Shown: one piece after another, positions 26,733 to 34,374 of the stretch
How the letters are laid out: every line of letters starts with the position of its first letter
Position numbering within the stretch: the first letter of the stretch is position 1
Program-made: the position numbers and the translations under genes
Notes under the pieces: model-generated
What the model saw: the letters and a program-made list of their open reading frames with translations, nothing else
Told to the model about the DNA's origin: nothing
Database searches by the model: none
Assembly (NCBI GenBank): GCA_016840795.1
Contig: JAEORS010000002.1
Span: 1 to 35,334, forward strand
Direction: 5' to 3'
Source of the DNA: Candidatus Thorarchaeota archaeon
Lineage (GTDB): Archaea; Asgardarchaeota; Thorarchaeia; Thorarchaeales; Thorarchaeaceae
Length of the DNA stretch: 35,334 nt

Positions 26733-28100
26733 CTAGGTTGGCACTTCAAGCAGGACTTCTGTGCACTCGGTTTCTTCTCTAGCAACTTCTTGAACCGAGT
26801 CATCCAGCATAATGTCTAGTCGGCTGTGGAGCTTCCTTCTAGCAGCAACAGCGGCACCGAGCACTGAAACTAAGAGGAGTCCTATGGCTGCACCGAACAT
26901 TGGTGGAACTGTGGATCCGGCCGTTTCGGCCCACACGCCGCCAAGCCCCATTCCAAAGACTTGAACCGCCGTGAAGACGACGTTGAAGAGTGCGAAGACT
27001 CTGCCTCTGTAGTTGTCCACGACAAGCTCCTGCATCAAGGTGCCCAGAGGTATGTTCAGCATCACATCGACAAATCCTATAAGAGCCCAAGATAGGAGAA
27101 CATGCCAGAATTCTTGTGCTCCGGCCAGTCCAAGCACTGCAATCCCAGCAACAATGCCTGCAGATGCAACGATGTAGAGGGGCTTCGGCAGGCGCTTTCG
27201 ATTGCCCATGACAAGTGCTACTACAATCCCTGATGCGGCACCTGCACTCAGCACAATACCGAACTGCATCTCTGTAATCCCCAGTTGACCCTCTAGATGT
27301 GGAATGAGTAGTGCATTAAGAATGCCCGATGATGAAGCCAGAAGAATCGCGAAGACGAAGAGATAGACAAGAATCACATTGCTGGCTGCATATCTAGCGC
27401 CTTGAACTACCTGCGACCTAACAGACTCTTTCTCCACCATTTCTTTGGGCACTAGTGATGTCTTGATGCCTCTGAGTGCTATAGCAGAGAGAATGAAGGT
27501 GACGGAGTTGATTGCGAAGGCAAGGAAGTAGTCGGGGGCGAGCAGAGCCACGAGTACGCCCCCGAGAGGAGGAATTGTTAACTGGACAACTTGAAAGGTC
27601 ATCTGTGATAGGGAGTTAGCTGTCACCAATTCGTCAGACTCAACGATATTGGGAATTGCTGCGCTCCTAGCTGGATAGAACCAAGCGTTGGCGATGGCAT
27701 ATAGGAACGTAAGCAGGTAGATCCATTCAATCGGTGCAAGAACTGGAGGAAACAATGGCGCAAGAGGAATGAGTAGAATCAGGAATGCGCGTGTGATGTC
27801 TGACGCAATCATTATTGTCTTCCTGTTCCATCGGTCAACGTATACGCCGATGAAACCAGCAAAGATCACGACTGGTGCGACCTGTGCCATTGCCAGAATG
27901 GCCATCGCCAGAGCGGACCCGGTAAGGTGGTAGGCAAAGAATAGCAGGGCCAATGAGCTGATGGCGAAACCGACATTTGACACAAGCTGGCCAAACCAGA
28001 GTCGGGAAAAGTCGCGATTTCCTAGAATGGTTCTGAAGGAACTGCCTTCGGAGAGAATCTCCTCGGGTAGTTCCTCAGACACTTGTGCTGTCAATTGCAC
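26733..28100 (-). CDS. MFS-family transporter
   Basis: About 12 predicted TM helices. RDFSRLWFGQLVSNVGF and VDRWNRK are typical of MFS (enterobactin-exporter-like) proteins. GTG start as in the ORF track. Confidence 0.8.
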   Translation of the reverse strand: MQLTAQVSEELPEEILSEGSSFRTILGNRDFSRLWFGQLVSNVGFAISSLALLFFAYHLTGSALAMAILAMAQVAPVVIFAGFIGVYVDRWNRKTIMIASDITRAFLILLIPLAPLFPPVLAPIEWIYLLTFLYAIANAWFYPARSAAIPNIVESDELVTANSLSQMTFQVVQLTIPPLGGVLVALLAPDYFLAFAINSVTFILSAIALRGIKTSLVPKEMVEKESVRSQVVQGARYAASNVILVYLFVFAILLASSSGILNALLIPHLEGQLGITEMQFGIVLSAGAASGIVVALVMGNRKRLPKPLYIVASAGIVAGIAVLGLAGAQEFWHVLLSWALIGFVDVMLNIPLGTLMQELVVDNYRGRVFALFNVVFTAVQVFGMGLGGVWAETAGSTVPPMFGAAIGLLLVSVLGAAVAARRKLHSRLDIMLDDSVQEVAREETECTEVLLEVPT

Positions 28101-28416
28101 TACCTCGAGAAGTAGGCATATGCGACAGACATTGTGGTACTTCTCATCAGAGAGGCGCTCTTCTTGGATACCTTCTTGCTCTTGGTTTCCATTAGATCAC
28201 CGCACGTAGGCTGAGAAGGCATGACCAACGGTCATCGTTCTGACGGCCTCAAGGGCCTTGGTGTTCTGCTTCACGGATGAAACTCGGGATTTAGTTGCTA
28301 GAGCCATGATGTTTCACGACAAGAACCACTCAGAATTAGTATATAATGCGGAGCCACAACTGAGGGTCACGAAAAGGAGTCACAATTTGTTACTATCATG
28401 GGACCCCTATTCAGAA

Positions 28417-28442
28417 TCCGCGGAGGATTTTACTAGGAATTG
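28417..28442 (+). repeat. Copy a of the conserved 25-nt element (TCCGCGGAGGATTTTACTAGGAATTG)
   Basis: Aligned by eye with copies b and c. It lies 6 nt beyond the stop codon of minus-strand gene 28449-28874. Confidence 0.85.
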
Positions 28443-28448
28443 CGATGG

Positions 28449-28874
28449 TCATTCTATGTAGAGTCGCGTCTTGCAGAAAGGGCAGAGTACTACTCTATCG
28501 TCCACGGGTGTGGCATTAGAGAGCTCAAAAGATAGCCCGCAATCAGGACAGCGGAACATCTCTAAACCTCCAACATGTTCTGCGGGAAGTGCGTGAGCAC
28601 GCATTGTAGCAAGAATCCTCGCGTCTTCATCCAAGTCTGTTGGAGCAATTGGGCGTCCTTGGGCCCATCGGTAGGCGGCGTAGAGAAGAAGAACCACCAT
28701 TGGCAAGAGCAAGACGACGTACATGAGATAGACATCAGGCGGCGCTGTCAGTATTGACCCAAAGACCGTCACTGAGCCAAGAATCAAGAGTAAGACAAAA
28801 ACAATCCAGCGTCCCGGGCTTGTAGAGGGCTCCTGTGGTTCTCCAAAGTAGTCGTAAGAGTCGTCTTCAATCAT
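28449..28874 (-). CDS. Hypothetical membrane protein with C-terminal zinc ribbon
   Basis: Two TM helices, then CPDCG-x22-CPFCK. Confidence 0.5.
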   Translation of the reverse strand: MIEDDSYDYFGEPQEPSTSPGRWIVFVLLLILGSVTVFGSILTAPPDVYLMYVVLLLPMVVLLLYAAYRWAQGRPIAPTDLDEDARILATMRAHALPAEHVGGLEMFRCPDCGLSFELSNATPVDDRVVLCPFCKTRLYIE

Positions 28875-28941
28875 TGTGGTACTATGGGATAACCATCATA
28901 AAACAGAATAAACTCTTCGACGTCGTCAAGTGGGTACTAGC

Positions 28942-28974
28942 AAAAAGAGAGATGAACACGGGCCGTGCGGCCCG
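28942..28974 (-). terminator. GC hairpin plus T-run downstream of tuf
   Basis: CGGGCCG-tg-CGGCCCG (28959-28974). On the minus strand it is followed by ...CTCTCTTTTTGC. Confidence 0.45.
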
Positions 28975-28996
28975 GTTCTTGTACTACTGGACAAAC

Positions 28997-30328
28997 CTAC
29001 TCTTTCTTGGCTGCCTTCTTCTCAATCTTCTTCGCCTTGACGTTGGTCACGACACCGACTGCAACGGTCATGCCCATGTCACGCACTGCAAACCTGCCAA
29101 GTTGTGGAAACTCCTTGTAGGTTTCAATGCACATCGGCTTGAGAGGCACAAGAGTGGCAAGCATGGACTCACCCTTCTTGATGAAGTCGGGGTTCTCCTC
29201 TATGACCTGTCCACTGCTTTGGTCGATCTTCTGGTGAATCTTATCGAACCTACAGGAAACTTGGGCCGTGTGGGCGTGAATAACTGGAGTGTAGCCCACA
29301 GTGATAGCGGTTGGATGTTGAATGACCATGATTTGGCCTGAGTATTCATCCGCAACGGTTGGAGGGTTGTCTTTTGGACCAGCAACGTCACCACGACCGA
29401 GGTCCTTCCTCTCGATGCCTCGAACGTTGAAGCCGATATTGTCGCCAGGTACGGCCTCCTTGAGCTGCTCGTGGTGCATCTCAATTGTCTTGACCTCACC
29501 GGACTTGTTTGGAGGCATGAAAGTGATATTGTCACCAGGCCTCATGATACCAGTCTCGACACGACCGACTGGAACAGTTCCAACACCCTTTATCGAATAG
29601 ACGTCGTTGATTGGCAAGCGTAGGGGCTTGTCAACTGGCTTCTTCGGAAGGGTCACCAGGTCAAGGGCTTCAAGCAGTGAAGGGCCCTTGTACCAGGGTG
29701 TGAGATTGGGTGAGAGCTCTTTCAGGTTACAGGCATCACCGATAGCGGCGGTCGGAATGAATGGGATGCCATCGAGCTTGAATCCAATGCTCTTCAGAAA
29801 GCCTCCGACCTCCTCCTTTACCTCGTTGTACCGGTCTTCACTGTACTTGACAGTATCATCATCCATTTTGTTGACACAGACGATGAGAGATGGTACACCG
29901 AGCGTCATCGCAAGGTAAGCGTGCTCCTTGGTCTGGCCACCGGGGCCGACACCAGCCTCAAACTCACCACGTTTAGCTGACACCACAAGTAGACCAACGT
30001 CAGCCTGAGATGCACCCGTGATCATGTTCTTGATGAAGTCTTTGTGACCCGGTGCATCTATGATTGTGTAGTAATACTTGTCAGTGAGAAACTTGAAGAA
30101 GGCGATGTCTATTGTGAGGCCTCGCTCACGTTCCTCTTTCAGGCGGTCTAGGGCGAAAGCCCATGCCCAACTCGGACGGCCCAGCTTTTCTGCTTCGGCC
30201 TTGTGCTGCTGGAACGTCCGCTCATCGACCGCACCAGTCTCATAGAGCAATCTACCGGTCATGGTAGACTTGCCGTGATCTACGTGGCCAATGACCACGA
30301 GATTCAGATGTTCCTTTTCTTTCGACAA
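28997..30328 (-). CDS. tuf: Translation elongation factor EF-1 alpha (aEF1A)
   Basis: [24 protein letters not shown], and the full-length aEF1A domain order. It appears to use a TTG start about 10 nt downstream of AAGGAG. Confidence 0.95.
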   Translation of the reverse strand: MSKEKEHLNLVVIGHVDHGKSTMTGRLLYETGAVDERTFQQHKAEAEKLGRPSWAWAFALDRLKEERERGLTIDIAFFKFLTDKYYYTIIDAPGHKDFIKNMITGASQADVGLLVVSAKRGEFEAGVGPGGQTKEHAYLAMTLGVPSLIVCVNKMDDDTVKYSEDRYNEVKEEVGGFLKSIGFKLDGIPFIPTAAIGDACNLKELSPNLTPWYKGPSLLEALDLVTLPKKPVDKPLRLPINDVYSIKGVGTVPVGRVETGIMRPGDNITFMPPNKSGEVKTIEMHHEQLKEAVPGDNIGFNVRGIERKDLGRGDVAGPKDNPPTVADEYSGQIMVIQHPTAITVGYTPVIHAHTAQVSCRFDKIHQKIDQSSGQVIEENPDFIKKGESMLATLVPLKPMCIETYKEFPQLGRFAVRDMGMTVAVGVVTNVKAKKIEKKAAKKE

Positions 30329-30487
30329 GGCATTGTTTCTCCTTATTGAAGTGTTAGTCGGTCCCCTAGGGGCGGGAACCTGCTGGCTGTCACCTCGCGC
30401 GATGCTTTTAATGGTTTCGACAAGGCGGCTTGACTAGGAATGACAACTGATGATTGAGAAGCCGGGTGGACTGAGGATTGCTGTCTT

Positions 30488-30712
30488 CTAGTGCTGCAAT
30501 CCTGGGTCCCTATGCTCGATTTGCTCTCGTTCTGTCATATTGGTAACCAAACCAAGAAGGATGACTAGAACCCCCAATGGGACTAAGAATGCCATGCCGA
30601 CTGGAGCCCTCGTTGGCCAGAGACCATAGAAATGCCATCGTAGTGCGGCGTCTACTACAAACCCAGCTAGAACAAGCACAAGCCCCATGAGTATATGCTT
30701 CAGACCCACCAC
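30488..30712 (-). CDS. Hypothetical 74-aa two-TM membrane protein
   Basis: Hydrophobic helices, GTG start, no homology evidence. Confidence 0.3.
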   Translation of the reverse strand: MVGLKHILMGLVLVLAGFVVDAALRWHFYGLWPTRAPVGMAFLVPLGVLVILLGLVTNMTEREQIEHRDPGLQH

Positions 30713-30908
30713 AAATCCCTACTGTTGCTTCTCTTCAGGACCATCACGTGTTCACTGCTCATAACCGTTTCGTTCTGCTACTTGAAACCGAAAGTGACTC
30801 TTAACGGATTTCGAGAACGCTGCACAAGCAGATGGCGATTGCAGTATCCTCTAGTAGCCGGTTGAATGATGATTACAACAGACTTCAAAATCCGCCTTAC
30901 AGTTCCTA

Positions 30909-31430
30909 TCAATCAGACGAATTGACCTCACTGAGTTCTGTCATCAGTTTCTCGAGAAGTGGGATCGCTTTGGTCAACGAAATGCTCAATTCGCTTAGGC
31001 GAATCCTGAGCTGCTTTGCCTCTTTGGCTTGTTTCCCATTAAGCTCGTCCATTCTGAGATTTGAGAGGGTGCTGGTCATGGAATCTATGGGTCCCATTGA
31101 CTTTTGAGCAAGTGCAATCCATTGGGCAAGGGCTCCAGTCAGTATAGACCCCAGTGGGATAGAGAGCTCATAGAAGTACGACCGAATGCCAGACTGCTTA
31201 TATCTGCGTACAGACCCCAGCGAGGTCAACTGATCTAGGGCTCTACTAATGGATGAGATGCTATAACCAGTCCAACTCGACATTTCTTCCTGTGTTAGAG
31301 GTGTCTGATTCATCATAAAACAGGCCAGTATTCGACCATGTATTGACTTGAATCCACGTTGCTCTGCCAATCCCTCCATAAACTGAATGAAACGAGCGCG
31401 AATCTCCAGAAAGACTGACTGGCTACTCAT
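30909..31430 (-). CDS. Winged-HTH transcriptional regulator (GbsR/MarR-like)
   Basis: HGRILACFMMNQTPLTQEEMSSWTGYSISSISRALDQLTSLGSVRR is a wHTH, followed by a helical C-terminal half. It is divergent from the Yip1-like gene. Confidence 0.6.
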   Translation of the reverse strand: MSSQSVFLEIRARFIQFMEGLAEQRGFKSIHGRILACFMMNQTPLTQEEMSSWTGYSISSISRALDQLTSLGSVRRYKQSGIRSYFYELSIPLGSILTGALAQWIALAQKSMGPIDSMTSTLSNLRMDELNGKQAKEAKQLRIRLSELSISLTKAIPLLEKLMTELSEVNSSD

Positions 31431-31510
31431 TGAGGATTACCGTGTTCGAATTCCTTATTTTGTTTATGAGTATTGTGTAATTTGTCAAAATATGCAAGGA
31501 TGAGTTAAAG

Positions 31511-32104
31511 TTGACGATCAAACAAGAGTTCATGAGATCATGGCGATTCGTTTCCAGGCCAGCGGAGAGCTTCGAAGCGGTGACAGGTGCTCAGAGTTAT
31601 TGGGAGATTGGACGGTATTACCTTGTCCTGAATGTTGTGTTGGCTGTGTTGACGCCTATCACGGTATTCCTTGGGTTTCCATGTGATATCGTGCATGCTG
31701 GCACCAATGCACAAATGGGAGCCTATCTATATTCCCCGTTTTTGGAAAATATCACTGGCCTCAGTCGTTATTTGTGGATTGGATTGATCACATATGCGGG
31801 CAATGTCCTGAAATTTCCAATACTTGGTCTGATGTTTCATGGCTTTGCAATGGTGTTGAAAGGCAGCGGTTCTCTAGTGGACTCGTTCAAGGTGAGCGTA
31901 TATGCTGCTGCGCCAGTGCTACTTCTTGGATGGATTCCCTACTTCGGTCTGATTTCGGGCCTGTGGGTCGGTTATCTCTATGTCCTAGGTTTCTGGAAAC
32001 TGCACGAAACAGGTCTTGGCCCCACCATAGCCCTGGTCAACTTCATGATTGGTGTACAGATTGCTTGGGCATTTGTCTTTGGTTGGATTCTAAGTCCGGT
32101 TTAG
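31511..32104 (+). CDS. Yip1-domain-like multi-pass membrane protein
   Basis: N-terminal ...SRPAESFEAV... followed by about 5 TM helices, as in Yip1/DUF1282 proteins. TTG start. Confidence 0.5.
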   Translation: MTIKQEFMRSWRFVSRPAESFEAVTGAQSYWEIGRYYLVLNVVLAVLTPITVFLGFPCDIVHAGTNAQMGAYLYSPFLENITGLSRYLWIGLITYAGNVLKFPILGLMFHGFAMVLKGSGSLVDSFKVSVYAAAPVLLLGWIPYFGLISGLWVGYLYVLGFWKLHETGLGPTIALVNFMIGVQIAWAFVFGWILSPV

Positions 32105-32139
32105 ACACTCACTGAATGGAGTAGAAGCAGAAGTATGAT

Positions 32140-33198
32140 CTATGCCTTAATCACATGGTCAGGAAGATGAACCGCGAACTTGCAGATATCATCACCATCG
32201 ATGACGGACTTCACGACTTCGATTTTGAGGGGTTGACCGACAACCTGATTCCATAGCTGCTCGGCCCATCCTGCGCCGCAGTAACAGAACGTCTTAGGCA
32301 TCTTCCCTAGGGCGGCCTTGACGACTGGACAGAAGCAGTAGGCTTTGATTATCTCGTCCTGAGTTCTTGCCTTGGCGTAGGCTTCAGGGTCGCAAGGAGG
32401 CTTACTTGTGTAGAGTATCCTGCCCTTTCGATGTGGCTTCTCAATCCATGCTTGATTCTCACCGTATGCTCGAATCACCTCATCTATGTCCTGTGTCTTC
32501 TCGAAGATTTCTTTGAATCGTTGGATGTCTTCCACTGGTCTGTCATGGGCACACTTGGTTATCACCTGACACTTCTCATCTTCTTCTGCAATCCTGTCCA
32601 GACGTTCTATTGCAGAAACTACCCAATCGCTCCTCTCCTCAGCAGAGCTCAGAGGAGTAATGTTCTCAGACCCTTGAAGAACCATCAATCCTTTCTCTTC
32701 TCCAAGAACCTCGCAGAGACGTTCTTTGAATCTGCTCTCCCAAGGATGAATGGTAGTCTGAAGCTCGGTTATGTTATCCTCAGGATTTTCCTCGAAAGGC
32801 CCAGTCAAATATACCTCTCGCGGATTCAGCTCTGCCGCTAACCCTCTTGAGAAGCGATAATCATGCAGTTCACTGAAGGCCTTGGCCATTTCGTCATACG
32901 GACCCCTATAGACTATCGTGAATGCATCAAAACCCGGAAGAACTCTGGAGTGAACATCACCACTCTCAATCGGCTCGCTCACTGGATATGCAGCCTCTAT
33001 ATCAAGACCATCCCTCACGTCCGTGTCCCAATGGTATATTGTCATCGCGGGACCGCTTATCCTCTCGCCGCAGGCCGCCTTCAGCCTCTTGAATCGCCCC
33101 TTCATCTCACTTCTCTTGAAGACGGGAGCTCTGATGGAAGCAATCAGTATATCATCAATACGTTTGTACTCGTACTCACGCTTCTCCTCGGACATCAT
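32140..33198 (-). CDS. GyrI-like ligand-binding domain fused to a Cys-rich C-terminal domain of unknown function
   Basis: The N-terminal ~160 aa (GPAMTIYH...YRGPYDEMAKAFSELHDY...REVYLTGP....ITELQTTIHP) resemble GyrI-like/SOUL effector-binding domains. The C-terminal half carries KCQVITKCAH, YCFCP, FCYCGAGW and DDICKF. Confidence 0.6.
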   Translation of the reverse strand: MMSEEKREYEYKRIDDILIASIRAPVFKRSEMKGRFKRLKAACGERISGPAMTIYHWDTDVRDGLDIEAAYPVSEPIESGDVHSRVLPGFDAFTIVYRGPYDEMAKAFSELHDYRFSRGLAAELNPREVYLTGPFEENPEDNITELQTTIHPWESRFKERLCEVLGEEKGLMVLQGSENITPLSSAEERSDWVVSAIERLDRIAEEDEKCQVITKCAHDRPVEDIQRFKEIFEKTQDIDEVIRAYGENQAWIEKPHRKGRILYTSKPPCDPEAYAKARTQDEIIKAYCFCPVVKAALGKMPKTFCYCGAGWAEQLWNQVVGQPLKIEVVKSVIDGDDICKFAVHLPDHVIKA

Positions 33199-33299
33199 AC
33201 GTTCACTGCTAGAAACCGGTGATACAACGATGGACTGAATCCATAATTAAGAAAGGTGCTCAACGTAATCAAAGGTTATCCCCTTGGATGGTGATAGAG

Positions 33300-33324
33300 T
33301 CCGCGGATGATTTTACTAGAATTG
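33300..33324 (+). repeat. Copy b of the conserved 25-nt element (TCCGCGGATGATTTTACTAGAATTG)
   Basis: It lies 29 nt beyond the stop codon of minus-strand gene 33354-33890 and about 100 nt upstream of the start of gene 32140-33198. Confidence 0.85.
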
Positions 33325-33353
33325 TTCATGTCACGACATTGTCGGATTGTCAG

Positions 33354-33890
33354 CTACTCAAGCAGTCCAGCAGCCCATCCTCGAATTTGATCCCAGTCCC
33401 TAGAGTCTATCTTGTCTGGGGCCTCTTCACCTGGACCCATCTGGTTCTTCACAATACTCTTGACTAACCTTCGAACGGCAAAGTTGTATTTTTTGAAGTC
33501 AAATACACCAGCGAAGAATGCAGTAGCAATTGGTTTCAGTCCTGGGTTCTCCTCTACTATCTTGTCCAGGTATTCAGTCTGGACTGTTTCGTGATTCTCT
33601 GGATTGGTGGCGTATCCGGAAACAACAAAGAGAGCCACCTTCATGTACGAGAGACGTTCAGTGTTCTTCCTGATGAACTCCAGGGGTTCCTTGGTCCATC
33701 TTCCTGCTTGTATTCCGCTACCTATTACTACTAAGTCATAATCTTGGATTTCTCCAGATGGCTTGTCTTTTCTAAGATCAACCACTTCAACCTGGGCTCC
33801 ACTTTCTTGCAGCACATTCCCCATTTCTTGTGCCACTTCAGCCGTGGAGCCATACCTAGAACCATAGCCTATGAGAACTCTTTGCGTCAT
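33354..33890 (-). CDS. Flavodoxin-domain protein (HemG/flavodoxin_5-like)
   Basis: VLIGYGSRYGSTAEVAQEM and YDLVVIGSGIQAGRW. The start was trimmed to MTQRVLIGYGS (33890). Confidence 0.7.
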   Translation of the reverse strand: MTQRVLIGYGSRYGSTAEVAQEMGNVLQESGAQVEVVDLRKDKPSGEIQDYDLVVIGSGIQAGRWTKEPLEFIRKNTERLSYMKVALFVVSGYATNPENHETVQTEYLDKIVEENPGLKPIATAFFAGVFDFKKYNFAVRRLVKSIVKNQMGPGEEAPDKIDSRDWDQIRGWAAGLLE

Positions 33891-33954
33891 GAGATGGTCA
33901 AAAAGCGCTAGCAACTTATGGATTTCGCAAGTGGCGATATGCAATAGTAAATGA

Positions 33955-34335
33955 CTATCCCATTAGGTCGGGTACCGAGTCCGGTTGTTTGCCTACGTCC
34001 TGAAGTTTGTTGAGGGGAACCCAGCCCTCCTCTCCATCAGGTGTGCGTGCCCATGCCCATTCACTCTCTTCATTCAGGACCATTAGCTCACTTCCTGTTC
34101 GAACTGTCAACTCCCGTGCGGTGTAGTCCTTAAGTGACAGAAAACTATTCGAACCTGATTCTGGTTTCAAATATGCCTTCGGGACCCATCCTTCAACTCC
34201 TGCGCGGTTCCTACAGAAGAGCCATCCTTCCCACTCGGTTTCTCTCTCCTCTCCCTCAATTGACTCTCCTGTCTTGATCACCAGCGGAATGGTGAATTCA
34301 CTCTCATGGTCTTTAATCGCTCTCATCATTCTCAT
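33955..34335 (-). CDS. Tandem SH3-like domain protein
   Basis: Two repeats end in EGWVPKAYL and EGWVPLNKL. The second has SLKDYTARELTVRTGSELMVL.E..EWAWAR, an ALYDY-like layout. The ATG at 34335 lies 5 nt after AGGTGA. The ORF track uses a GTG at 34344. Confidence 0.6.
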   Translation of the reverse strand: MRMMRAIKDHESEFTIPLVIKTGESIEGEERETEWEGWLFCRNRAGVEGWVPKAYLKPESGSNSFLSLKDYTARELTVRTGSELMVLNEESEWAWARTPDGEEGWVPLNKLQDVGKQPDSVPDLMG

Positions 34336-34348
34336 TTGTATCACCTGA

Positions 34349-34374
34349 TTCGCGGACGATTTTACTAGAAATGG
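34349..34374 (+). repeat. Copy c of the conserved 25-nt element (TTCGCGGACGATTTTACTAGAAATGG)
   Basis: It abuts the stop codon (34375-77) of the AstE-like gene and lies 14 nt upstream of the SH3 gene ATG. Confidence 0.85.

Noticed and set aside
28258-28461. Plus-strand ORFs 28258-28461 and 33219-33467, which translate repeat copies a and b as ESA(E/D)DFTR
   Set aside because: They have weak or non-ATG starts and no similarity outside the repeat. Copy c has a stop codon immediately upstream in the same frame. Both ORFs overlap promoters or 3' ends of better-supported minus-strand genes.
30433-30474. Possible degenerate fourth copy of the 25-nt element (GGCGGCTTGACTAGGAATG) and a C/D-box-like TGATGA...CTGA
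   Set aside because: Only 9 contiguous nt (ACTAGGAAT) match and the TTTTAC box is missing, so a chance match is plausible. The C/D-like boxes are about 18 nt apart with no second box pair.
28417-34374. The three repeats as origin recognition boxes or integron-like cassette boundaries
   Set aside because: The copies are 1-5 kb apart with no AT-rich unwinding element or orc1/cdc6 nearby. One inter-repeat interval contains tuf, which is incompatible with mobile cassettes.
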